19,163 nt of DNA. Origin: Candidatus Bathyarchaeia archaeon. GTDB lineage: Archaea > Thermoproteota > Bathyarchaeia > Bathyarchaeales > Bathycorpusculaceae. The DNA is taken from NCBI GenBank assembly GCA_050010515.1, contig JBEKKX010000041.1, positions 1 to 19,163 of the forward strand, written 5' to 3'. The position numbers were made by a program, and so were the translations under genes. This document shows positions 8,902 through 17,019 of the stretch, piece by piece. Every line of letters starts with the position of its first letter. Positions within the stretch are counted from its first letter, which is position 1. Below the pieces are notes generated by a model. That model saw only the letters and a list, made by a program, of their open reading frames with translations. It searched no databases and was not told where the DNA came from.

Positions 8902-9246
8902 TTGAAAGGGGAGGTCAGGGTGAAGGTTCTTTCTTGTAGGAGTCATTTGGATTGTAATCGGGAATATTGGTGGTATAATCTTATTAGCCCTGAAAATTGG
9001 CTGGAAAGAGAGCCTTTTTTAACTTTAATTTTAAATGGCAAGGATGCTAATGAGAGGGTTGGCTCAATTGTCATACCGCTGAACGGTGAGTGGCGTGAGC
9101 GTATTCTTAAGGCGCCATCTGGTTCTTTAAAGGGAATGAAAGCCATAAAGGCGCATGTCTACAAGGTAAGGCAAAGCGGTGAATATTGGATTTATTTTGG
9201 GAAAGTAAGCGACGGAGTTTACCCTGTTAAGCTCCAAGAAGAGTGA
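8902..9246 (+). CDS. Hypothetical protein
   Basis: 114-aa ORF; alternative GTG start at 8920 after GGGGAGGT; no recognised motif. Confidence 0.6.
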   Translation: MKGEVRVKVLSCRSHLDCNREYWWYNLISPENWLEREPFLTLILNGKDANERVGSIVIPLNGEWRERILKAPSGSLKGMKAIKAHVYKVRQSGEYWIYFGKVSDGVYPVKLQEE

Positions 9247-9261
9247 CATAAGCACGGGAAT

Positions 9262-9486
9262 TTATTTTTTATGTTCGGCTATATATTTCTCAATCCAAAC
9301 CCAATCAGGATTTCCATGATTGAAAAAAGTTGAGAAGTTATCCTTTAACCATTCATAATAATCATCTTCAGTAAACTGGCAAAATGCTTCAACAAGTTCC
9401 TTCTTCCTAATAGATTTAGGAATCGGCGAATCGGTTTCCTTTAGCCCTTCCATAACAAATTCTTCCACTACTTTTCTATCTAACAA
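9262..9486 (-). CDS. Hypothetical protein
   Basis: 74-aa ORF with a TTG start preceded by AGGAGG. Confidence 0.7.
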   Translation of the reverse strand: MLDRKVVEEFVMEGLKETDSPIPKSIRKKELVEAFCQFTEDDYYEWLKDNFSTFFNHGNPDWVWIEKYIAEHKK

Positions 9487-9692
9487 GAGCGTTTCCTCCT
9501 AAAGCCTCTTATAACTTGCATCTTCTATGTGCTCCGGTCCCCGGATGAATGCGTTCTTAATAAACTTCGTCAGCGCGTTGTCCTGAATTATCGAGCTAAC
9601 AAAGCCTATAAGAGAAAAGTAAAAGCATTTGGTAGTAACTTTTATTTGGGTAGGTTTTTATGTGTTGGTGTAATCTGGGCGTCTTTGAGGGT

Positions 9693-9766
9693 GCCTCGAT
9701 AGCTCAGCCCAGTAGAGCGGCTGCCTTGTAAGCAGCAGGCCGCGGGAGCAAGGCCCGCCCGAGGCT
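9693..9766 (+). tRNA. tRNA-Thr(TGT) with non-canonical D and T loops
   Basis: Cloverleaf: acceptor GCCTCGA/CCGAGGC (A7-C66 mismatch), D stem GCTC/GAGC, anticodon stem GCTGC/GCAGC with loop CTTGTAA (TGT at 9727-9729), T stem GCGGG/CCCGC, discriminator T, no encoded CCA. Confidence 0.88.
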
Positions 9767-9776
9767 CCTCTAAATT

Positions 9777-10049
9777 TTATTCTTCGGGTGGTTCTGGTTC
9801 GTCTTTGCTTGCAGAGGGGTTTTTGCCTGTGAGTTTGTATTTGCGGGCTTGTGTTTCTATGATTTCGTGTTCGAAGAGTTTGCGCAATGATTTGAAGACT
9901 TTTTTGGAGGGTTCGCCTGTTTTGTCGGTTAGTTCTTGGAGGGTTAATTCTTTTCCTTCAGTCTTTAAGGTTTGATAGACTTTTTCGTCGGTTTTGTTAA
10001 GTTTCACTTTGACCACTGCCTTACGCTGTTTCTCTGTCTTATGGCACAC
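9777..10049 (-). CDS. Small winged-helix HTH protein
   Basis: KVYQTLK, LTLQELTDKTG and VFKSLRKLFEHEII; the true start is probably an internal GTG. Confidence 0.7.
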   Translation of the reverse strand: MCHKTEKQRKAVVKVKLNKTDEKVYQTLKTEGKELTLQELTDKTGEPSKKVFKSLRKLFEHEIIETQARKYKLTGKNPSASKDEPEPPEE

Positions 10050-10310
10050 ATGGCTTTTTCAATTTTGCGGTTTAACACCGAAAATAAACATCAAACGTTA
10101 GGAAACATGATTTTTTAAAAACCAAAACTTTCAGCAATTAAATCCTGATCTCTCAACTCTGAAAGCAATCTTGAGTTGATTCTAACAAACGAAGTTTCTG
10201 TTACTTCTTCGGTGGACTCTCCCATTCCGTGTGGTTGTTACCTTTCGGTTGATAAGAAAACCTTCTATAGCAACTTGGCTTGTGAAGGTTATTAGACATT
10301 AAACCAATCA

Positions 10311-10397
10311 TTAAATTAACAACCAAAGCAAAAATCCGAAGACTATGCCAACACCAAGCATTCCGAGCCACATCTTGGCAGAACTATAATCAGACAT
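10311..10397 (-). CDS. 28-aa single-TM microprotein MSDYSSAKMWLGMLGVGIVFGFLLWLLI (not in the ORF track)
   Basis: Strong SD GGGGTGA (10404-10410 on the minus strand) 6 nt before the ATG; about 20 hydrophobic residues. Confidence 0.6.
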   Translation of the reverse strand: MSDYSSAKMWLGMLGVGIVFGFLLWLLI

Positions 10398-10667
10398 CTT
10401 CTATCACCCCGTACTAACGTCGGATGCGTCCATATACCCACAATTTCAACTCAAAATTTAAAGTGTATTTCGGGCGCACGAATATGTCGAAAATTGAAAC
10501 AGCATAACCCTGTTACAGGCGGGAGGCTAAATTACCTTTTTTCCAGGCAGTTTAAAATAATAAGTCAGCCTATCTTTTTCTCTCTGCTTGCGTTTTGAAC
10601 GCAGTGTACGAAAAGAAACACCTAAGCTGAACAGACGAAGAAGTAACAGTGCCCAAATGAGTGATAG

Positions 10668-10880
10668 TTAGGAGGTGTCTCCGCCTTTTCTCCAGCTATC
10701 TGGGTTTTTATATTCTGCTTTGGGGCCTTCCTGCCAGATTGTGTCGTAGACCTTTTGGAATTCTTGGCTGGAGAGTCTTTTGTGCTCTTGGATTTTAGCC
10801 ATCGCTCGAAGCGTTTCATCATCAGGTTTATTCCCCTTTTTAGAACGCTTTAGCGTTTTAAGTAATCTATTTTTGGACAT
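10668..10880 (-). CDS. Small basic hypothetical protein
   Basis: 70-aa ORF overlapping the stop of the upstream ORF. Confidence 0.55.
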   Translation of the reverse strand: MSKNRLLKTLKRSKKGNKPDDETLRAMAKIQEHKRLSSQEFQKVYDTIWQEGPKAEYKNPDSWRKGGDTS

Positions 10881-11037
10881 TTTTTCGCCCCAGAAAAGTT
10901 TGAGCTTTTTGCATGTTTGCTTTTTTAAGCATGCATTTTGGCATTGGAATATCAGCGCCGTAAGATTTTTCGAGTGCCCTTCTGCATTTTTCAGCCATTT
11001 TCCTATCGTGATTTTTGGAGAATTTTTGGTTTATCAT
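10867..11037 (-). CDS. Small basic hypothetical protein (about 56 aa)
   Basis: ATG at 11037 preceded by GAGGAAAGGA; the ORF is open from 11097. Confidence 0.45.
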   Translation of the reverse strand: MINQKFSKNHDRKMAEKCRRALEKSYGADIPMPKCMLKKANMQKAQTFLGRKNVQK

Positions 11038-11525
11038 TTCCTTTCCTCGCAGCCTTTGAATACACTGGGGAAACTGAAAATAAAAGTAATGTTTCAATCC
11101 TAAGCATATGTTAAAAAAAGAAATATTGTTGGAATTGCTGCTTTCTCTCCCGAGAATATATCGGCACTGGACGGTTGCACTATAGTTAAGTTCTTTGTCT
11201 GTTAAGTTTTAGCTATTGTGATGGTTTGTGGTTCTGTATTTCGACTTCATAAGAGCTATTATCGGAGTTAACTGTTGCATAATGTGACTGGTCATACAAC
11301 GGTCCAAACTTGACCTTTACGTTGCCGTTCTTAATGCCGTAATATATCGGGTGTACTGAATCTATTCCGAATATTTCTATATTTTAACGTTAGATCTCTT
11401 TTTTCTGGATGAGCCCTCTTTTTGCTCCCTAAATGACCATGCAAATAGTATACCCGTTTGGTCAATTCTACAGAATATTGCGCTATCCTGCCGGATAAGC
11501 CATTTGGGCATGTTGAAAATCAATC

Positions 11526-11741
11526 TTACTCTTTGGAAGCATCATCCGCTTTAGCGTTAAACGCATGCTTCTTCTCAGGCGAAACTTTCAATCCATGATA
11601 TTCATAAAGAATTCTTAGCGCGTCTCGGATGGCTTCGTTGCGGCTGTTATAGACGCCTTTTTCGATTAACATGTTTAACAAGTCAAGATACCTCTTCGTA
11701 AGACGAATCGTGATGCGCTCTCTCTTGTTGCCATTAGACAC
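11526..11741 (-). CDS. Ribbon-helix-helix (CopG/Arc) transcriptional regulator
   Basis: ERITIRL beta strand and LIEKGVYNSRNEAIRDALR. Confidence 0.88.
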   Translation of the reverse strand: MSNGNKRERITIRLTKRYLDLLNMLIEKGVYNSRNEAIRDALRILYEYHGLKVSPEKKHAFNAKADDASKE

Positions 11742-11917
11742 CTTTATGTCACCATTTAGACGCTTTCTAAGTGATGTAATGCACGAAACTTGTCCATATA
11801 AGTTCTTGGCAGATAAACATTCGCCTTCTGTCTGCCAAAAATAGCCTGAAAAGTCAGGAACTTCCTGCTAGTCAAAAGCCGAAACAAAATCAACAAAAAT
11901 AAGCCTAAATTGTTCGG

Positions 11918-12541
11918 CTAACCAACAGCACGCTGCCCCAACAGCACACGAAACCCGCTTTCTCTTGCAAGAACCGTACAGTTCCCAAAGGTTTCGTTAA
12001 AAAGACAAGGCAGCGTTTTAGCGCCGATTTTAGACCGAATAACCATCTGGAACGTGGCTTTATCCGCCATGGCTTTTGCGGCTTCTTTCACTATGGCTTT
12101 CACCGTTTCCATACCTGCACTAACAGGCGGATTCGAAAGCACACAATTAAACACTAAACCTTTCACGGGCTCATACAAGTAACCATAGCGCACCTCAGCA
12201 TTAGGCACCTTGTTTAATTCAACATTCCTTTTTGCTAAGCGCACCGCTCTCATGTTCACATCAGTCATAATCACGCTAAGCTTTGAATTAAGAGCGGCTG
12301 CAACTATTCCGACAGCACCATAACCGCAGCCAATGTCAAGAACGCAGCCATCTTTCGGCAGAACCATCGATTCGATTAAAAGCCTAGTGCCTGGATCAAC
12401 TCGTCTCTTCGAAAAAACGCTTGAAGCAGTCAAAAACTCGAAGCCCTTCCCGCACAGGACGGTTCGAACTAAACCGAACCTCTCCTTTGACTTGGGTTCA
12501 GCGACAAAATAATGGTCTGTGCTATGGGTGTCCTGATTCAT
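11918..12541 (-). CDS. Class I SAM-dependent methyltransferase, RsmC/MTS family
   Basis: VFSKRRVDPGTRLL, VLDIGCGYG and SNPP. Confidence 0.9.
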   Translation of the reverse strand: MNQDTHSTDHYFVAEPKSKERFGLVRTVLCGKGFEFLTASSVFSKRRVDPGTRLLIESMVLPKDGCVLDIGCGYGAVGIVAAALNSKLSVIMTDVNMRAVRLAKRNVELNKVPNAEVRYGYLYEPVKGLVFNCVLSNPPVSAGMETVKAIVKEAAKAMADKATFQMVIRSKIGAKTLPCLFNETFGNCTVLARESGFRVLLGQRAVG

Positions 12542-13547
12542 GTTCGCTCCCGCTTTTCCAAACCTTCGGATAAGTGCCCCTCAGCATCAACACTCTCTCT
12601 AGAGCAGCAACAGCACCATGCCTCAAAGTCAACAATTCCTCAGCTGAAACAAGCGCTCTCGCCAACGCAACTGCCTCACCCTTCAACGTGAAAATACCCA
12701 AAATCGAACCTTTCTCAATGCCGTTTGCAACCTGCAATACGCCTGGAGCAGTCAAGTTTGCACCATGGCACAGCGCATCAACAGCCGAGTCACGAACCAC
12801 AATTTTCGGAAGCAAAGATAACGCCTCTTCCATAGGTACAATAAATTTGTGAAGGATCGCCTCGTCTTTTTTCTGCTCCCACTCACCAAACCAGTATGCA
12901 ACATCATGCAACGTAACTTTCGAAGCGCTGTTTTCGGTGAAGGGTCCCGAGCGTGTCCTGCGCAGCTCCTGCATGTGGGCGCCGACACCTATGATTTCGC
13001 CGATGTCAAAGCAGAGTTTGCGTATGTACGTTCCAGCCTCGCAGCCAACTTTGAAGAGAACATTACGCCCATCAGTTTCCAAATAGTCAATGTAGTAAAT
13101 GCGCCTAGTTCTAAGCTGCCGCTTAACAGAAGAACGCAAAGGTGGACGCTGATAAATTTCATCCTCAAACTCCAAAAGAACCGGCTTAATCTGTTCTTCC
13201 TTAGCGTCACCATGAAGCTTCATCACGCAAACGTATTCTTTGCCGCTGTAGAGAAACGCCTGAACCACCTTCGTAGCGTCCTCTAAGGTGATGGGTAAAA
13301 CGCCGGTCACTTTGGGGTCTAAAGTACCTCCATGTCCGATATTGGCTAGGTGCATGATTTTTTTTACCCACGCAGCAACTTCGTGGCTTGTTGGACCAGC
13401 TGGCTTGTCGAGGTTTATTGTGCCGTACTGAATGTACTCTTTGGCTGGTCTTTCAGAGGGTACATGCCCATACTTTGGGTTGGTTGTGTCCTCTGCTTTC
13501 GTCAACAGTTCACGTTTGATTTCCCATGGAGGGATTGTTCTAGGCAT
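12522..13547 (-). CDS. cbf5: H/ACA RNA-guided pseudouridine synthase Cbf5
   Basis: LDKPAGPTSHEV, GHGGTLDPKVTG, YQRPPLRSSVKR, CEAGTYIR, ELRRTRSG and a PUA domain. Confidence 0.97.
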   Translation of the reverse strand: MPRTIPPWEIKRELLTKAEDTTNPKYGHVPSERPAKEYIQYGTINLDKPAGPTSHEVAAWVKKIMHLANIGHGGTLDPKVTGVLPITLEDATKVVQAFLYSGKEYVCVMKLHGDAKEEQIKPVLLEFEDEIYQRPPLRSSVKRQLRTRRIYYIDYLETDGRNVLFKVGCEAGTYIRKLCFDIGEIIGVGAHMQELRRTRSGPFTENSASKVTLHDVAYWFGEWEQKKDEAILHKFIVPMEEALSLLPKIVVRDSAVDALCHGANLTAPGVLQVANGIEKGSILGIFTLKGEAVALARALVSAEELLTLRHGAVAALERVLMLRGTYPKVWKSGSEHESGHP

Positions 13548-13603
13548 ATGGCTGTTTTTCTCCTAACTGGTTGTAAGAAAAATAGATAAGAGATAATTAA
13601 AGC

Positions 13604-13885
13604 TTAAACTGCAGTTTTAACCGCTTGGGTCATTTCTTGCAGTTTGCCTGCGGCGTCTAAAACTTGAGCCACTTCCTCGTCTGAGGCGCCGCGTTTAACC
13701 TCAATCTTATCTTGAAGAGGCATAATATGGTTTACGTTGGCTCGTCTCCGCTTGACTCCCGTAACCTTTTTTGGTCCTGTTACTAAAACGAAGCTTTTAT
13801 CCATTACATCTATTACGACGCATTTTCTGCCGTTCTCTCGACCGACTTGTTTTACGCATATTCTGCCAATTTCTATAGCGGGCAT
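13604..13885 (-). CDS. rpl14e: 50S ribosomal protein L14e
   Basis: AIEIGRICVKQVGRENGRKCVVID and TGVKRRRANVNH; usual position upstream of cbf5. Confidence 0.96.
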   Translation of the reverse strand: MPAIEIGRICVKQVGRENGRKCVVIDVMDKSFVLVTGPKKVTGVKRRRANVNHIMPLQDKIEVKRGASDEEVAQVLDAAGKLQEMTQAVKTAV

Positions 13886-14261
13886 CCTTATTCAGTCTCC
13901 GTAAAAACAAAATACAACAACCGGCAGATATAAGCATAACATAATTTTAGGCAAAAACGCCAAGAATAGCCAAATGACGCTTCTTAAATAGACACCCAAA
14001 GACTTGTTTTAAAAAATAAATAAAGTGCCAGCTGTGTCTAAACCCCACAATAATCACCGAACTGATCGTAAGCACTTGCAAAAAGCATCTCCTTGATATT
14101 ATCTCAGACAACGCCTGGCAGCCGCTTAAGAACTGTACAGTGCTACCGTGGAGCGTGTTCCTCAACTGGCAAATAATATCCTCTCATCAATAGAATATAA
14201 TATAATATTATGTTGGCGCCTTGACGCTATAAGTAAAGAAAATATACTTACAAGCTGTATG

Positions 14262-14276
14262 CAAAAAACTTAAACT
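14262..14276 (+). promoter_or_regulatory. Putative BRE/TATA of the tRNA-Leu gene
   Basis: CAAAAAACTTAAA about 30 nt upstream of the tRNA. Confidence 0.55.
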
Positions 14277-14304
14277 GTACTATGTTGTCAGTTACGTTGC
14301 TGGT

Positions 14305-14424
14305 GCCGGGGTATCCGAGCCAGGTCTAAATAGGCGGCCAGATTAAGATTGCCTAAGATATGGAGGAGGACTTAAGATCCTCTGGCGCAGGCCTTCGTGG
14401 GTTCAAGTCCCACCCCCGGCACCA
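14305..14424 (+). tRNA. tRNA-Leu(TAA) with a 32-nt intron at non-canonical position 22/23 (intron 14330-14361) and encoded CCA
   Basis: Exon 1 GCCGGGGTATCCGAGCCAGGTCTAA plus exon 2 GGAGGAGGACTTAAGATCCTCTGGCGCAGGCCTTCGTGGGTTCAAGTCCCACCCCCGGCACCA give a type II cloverleaf. The central helix GTCT/AGAT has bulges AAA and ATG; the intron stem is TAGGCGG/TTGCCTA. Confidence 0.93.
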
Positions 14425-14480
14425 CTAAAAATAGTCTATAAAATTCAACTCTAACCTTTTCGGGTAAAAAAAGAGCCTTG

Positions 14481-14942
14481 TTACGTTTCTTGGCAAAACT
14501 CTTTGGGAGTCATTACTTTGCCTTTGAGGTTAGGTAGCCTCTCAAAATGTTCTTTGTTTTCGGTCAGCAGTACATCGCAACACTGCAAAAGAAAAGAGGC
14601 GGCGATTGCTACATCTTGGTATTCTATCGGTTGCCCCTTCGAGATTAGATATGCATTTAGTTCAGCAACAAGCTTAGCAGCCTCACCGTTTAATGAAACC
14701 CAGCGGAATTGACCAAGCACCTTTTCTGCTTTCTTTAAGGCAGTTTTGTAATCTTTTCTTAAATATGATCCTGTCAATATTTCCGAAACGCTTACCGTGC
14801 TGATAAATGCACTATTGGTGCTGGTTAATCGTTTGCACAGTTCTATTACGTCTTCTTTTCCTCTATCCACGTCGACAATTATTGAGGTATCAACGAATAC
14901 AGTTTTGAGTTCGCTTGTAGGTTTCTTCTTTTTCTCAGGCAA
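14481..14942 (-). CDS. vapC: PIN-domain VapC toxin
   Basis: VFVDTSII, STVSVSEI, YQDVAIAAS and LTENKEHF; probable TTG start just after the antitoxin stop. Confidence 0.92.
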   Translation of the reverse strand: MPEKKKKPTSELKTVFVDTSIIVDVDRGKEDVIELCKRLTSTNSAFISTVSVSEILTGSYLRKDYKTALKKAEKVLGQFRWVSLNGEAAKLVAELNAYLISKGQPIEYQDVAIAASFLLQCCDVLLTENKEHFERLPNLKGKVMTPKEFCQET

Positions 14943-14943
14943 T

Positions 14944-15195
14944 TCAAGGAACCAGCCCAAGGCGTTTGAATCTGTTTCTTGAATCGGCGCGTAAAGTTGT
15001 TAGCAGCTTTTCGAAGTCCACGGGTAAAAAGTCAGTGCAATCTTTCCACGCTTCTTCGTTTGCTTTTTCAATCACTATCTTGTTGCCTTCCACTACTCTC
15101 ATCTTCAGTCTATCTCCTTCCGTTATACCCACTTCTTCACGTATTTCTTTGGGTATTGTGACTTGTGAATGCCTTGTAACCGTGACTGAAGCCAT
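14944..15195 (-). CDS. vapB: AbrB-family antitoxin
   Basis: VTRHSQVTIPKEIREEVGITEGD. Confidence 0.92.
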   Translation of the reverse strand: MASVTVTRHSQVTIPKEIREEVGITEGDRLKMRVVEGNKIVIEKANEEAWKDCTDFLPVDFEKLLTTLRADSRNRFKRLGLVP

Positions 15196-15469
15196 CTGTC
15201 TCACTCTTAATATTTATTAGCAATTCCCACTAATAAGGAATTACTACAATTATGTAGGAAACTTGCAATAAGGAGTAATGCTGCAAAGCCGCACTCCCAA
15301 CTTTTGGGTGAAGGGGGCGAATAGAGAATAGCCGTGGAGCTAGCGCTCCCCACCAATTTCGGCGCAGTAGATATAGGTAGAAACTTAAATGTTGCTAATT
15401 TTGATTCTGTTACTTCTTAGTCAGGTTCCATCTCCATGTTACTTTTCGTCTGTTAGGGGAACTGAATAG

Positions 15470-16132
15470 TTGAGTGCGGTACCTCTTTTTGCAACAGGGC
15501 TTATATCGCTATTAGCTCTAATCTTGGTTAGACGTAGAATAAAAAGAGACGTTCCAATGGATAAAGAAGAGAGAGCACTATTATGGGTAATGGCGATTGC
15601 TGGAGGCGTTAGTGCTATCTTTGCAGTTCTCCTATGGTTAGGCATAAACCCATCGCTTTTCATGCATTACAAAACAGTTATTGAAATCATTTTGATTATG
15701 GGTTTCTTAATCTTTTTAGTTGCAATCATCTCCTATTTACTCTATCGAAAATGGAAATGGATTATTCTTCACTTCAAAAAGCCCATTGTGACCAGAATAA
15801 ACAATCGCTATAGGGAGAACTTGAAAAAAGAAATAAGACCAGAACTTGAAACTGAAGTAAAGACAAAGAAAATTGTACTTACCGACCAAGAAAAAGACGA
15901 AGTATTAACGATACTAACAAACATAGTTTGTTCCGACATCATGGATGGTCAAAAACTGCCACCCTATGAAGCACACAAAGTTTCAAACCCAACAAATTCC
16001 ATGAAGATAGATGGGATTATCTTCACAGTCTCACAGGACGATGCGGAAATCTTAGTAAAGAAAATGACCGAGCTACTCAACAATCCGAAATATAGAAAAA
16101 GACTATACCACTATTTCGGTCTATCCAATTGA
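15470..16132 (+). CDS. Hypothetical membrane protein (about 3 N-terminal TM helices and a soluble C-terminal domain)
   Basis: Three hydrophobic stretches in the first 100 or so aa of a 220-aa ORF. Confidence 0.7.
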   Translation: MSAVPLFATGLISLLALILVRRRIKRDVPMDKEERALLWVMAIAGGVSAIFAVLLWLGINPSLFMHYKTVIEIILIMGFLIFLVAIISYLLYRKWKWIILHFKKPIVTRINNRYRENLKKEIRPELETEVKTKKIVLTDQEKDEVLTILTNIVCSDIMDGQKLPPYEAHKVSNPTNSMKIDGIIFTVSQDDAEILVKKMTELLNNPKYRKRLYHYFGLSN

Positions 16133-16295
16133 GCATTTTGCAAAGTTTTCCAATTGTTGTCGCCCTCAACCGTTATCCCGCAAGCCTCAGAAGAGGTTTT
16201 GCCGTCTAAGGCTTCATGCGGACGGACAAAGTTGTGGTAAAGCTGGTAGCGTTGCAGAATAACGGCTGAATCCTCTTTCTTTAAACCCTCTTTGT
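16130..16295 (-). mobile_element. C-terminal remnant of a DDE transposase (IS6/integrase-core-like)
   Basis: GLKKEDSAVILQRYQLYHNFVRPHEALDGKTSSEACGI, the YN..RPH.AL.GKTP motif; no N-terminal part. Confidence 0.75.
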
Positions 16296-16392
16296 CTCTA
16301 TATAGTCTTAGCAAGAGCAAAACGCTTTTCACATAAAGGTTACAAGTTGAGCATTCTTAGATTTTCCCAGTAAGGTGAGCTAGGAGCTATTT

Positions 16393-16887
16393 TCAAAATT
16401 GTTCTATTGAAACCATAAAGTGGTCAGGGTATGGAGTCCCTTCGTAATCATGCTTTGTTTTCCATTCAACATTTCTTAGATGGTCGAAAAATCCACTCCC
16501 TCTTTTTCCAGTGAGTTTTCTATCATAATGATATTCTTGTTCAGTTAAAACAGCCAGACCGAGAAAGTAAAAAATACCATTCACGATAACTACATCATCG
16601 TCAGCTATCATTTCATTGCAAAAAAGATTGAACTGACTAGGCCAAGGTATTGAAACCGCCTGCTTTTCTGTGTCAGTAAGGTTATTCCAGTCTGTTTTAA
16701 CTTCGTCTGGCCAATCCAGGCCTATAAGGTTCCTTCCTGTGGGGTTCTTTCCTAAGGCAAAATTCCAAAGTCTTTCTCTCTCTTCGAGATTTACCCTGCG
16801 ATTTTTGTCCCCATAGCTTAAGTGCATAAGATAGAAATCGTCTTTCTTTTTCGAGTCCAGCCACTCGCCAAGATTCATGGTACCCAC
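16393..16887 (-). CDS. Hypothetical protein resembling PUA/EVE-like N-terminal domains of McrB/Mrr-type proteins; probably frameshifted near its 3' end
   Basis: LIGLDW, QFNLFCNEMIADDDVVIV, LGLAVL, YHYD and HLRNVEW pattern. Confidence 0.55.
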   Translation of the reverse strand: MGTMNLGEWLDSKKKDDFYLMHLSYGDKNRRVNLEERERLWNFALGKNPTGRNLIGLDWPDEVKTDWNNLTDTEKQAVSIPWPSQFNLFCNEMIADDDVVIVNGIFYFLGLAVLTEQEYHYDRKLTGKRGSGFFDHLRNVEWKTKHDYEGTPYPDHFMVSIEQF

Positions 16888-17019
16888 TCGATTGAACTGT
16901 ATAGCGCTTGGAATTTAAAAATATTCGCACCGAGTTATCCCACGTTGTTAACAGCCGCAAAGAAACCCGTCAGCTTATCCCACGGGAGTTAACATGAAAC
17001 CCCAAATCTCCACAACAAG

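Noticed and set aside
11100-11520. Possible ncRNA in the 420-bp gap, with AATATATCGG occurring twice
   Set aside because: AT-rich, with no convincing stems or C/D or H/ACA boxes by eye; one 10-mer repeat is insufficient.
11526-11741. Calling the RHH protein CdrS
   Set aside because: The fold is similar, but no adjacent ftsZ supports orthology.
12574-13589. Antisense and alternate-frame ORFs over cbf5, and similar ones over the TA, ATPase and nuclease genes
   Set aside because: Shadow ORFs of well-supported genes, with no motifs.
13947-14165. 72-aa minus-strand ORF upstream of rpl14e
   Set aside because: No similarity to cmk or rpl34e and no recognisable motif; treated as intergenic.
16935-16994. 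DnaA-box or origin-like motifs
   Set aside because: TTATCCCAC is not the TTATCCACA consensus, the host is archaeal, and no orc1/cdc6 gene or ORB motif is nearby.
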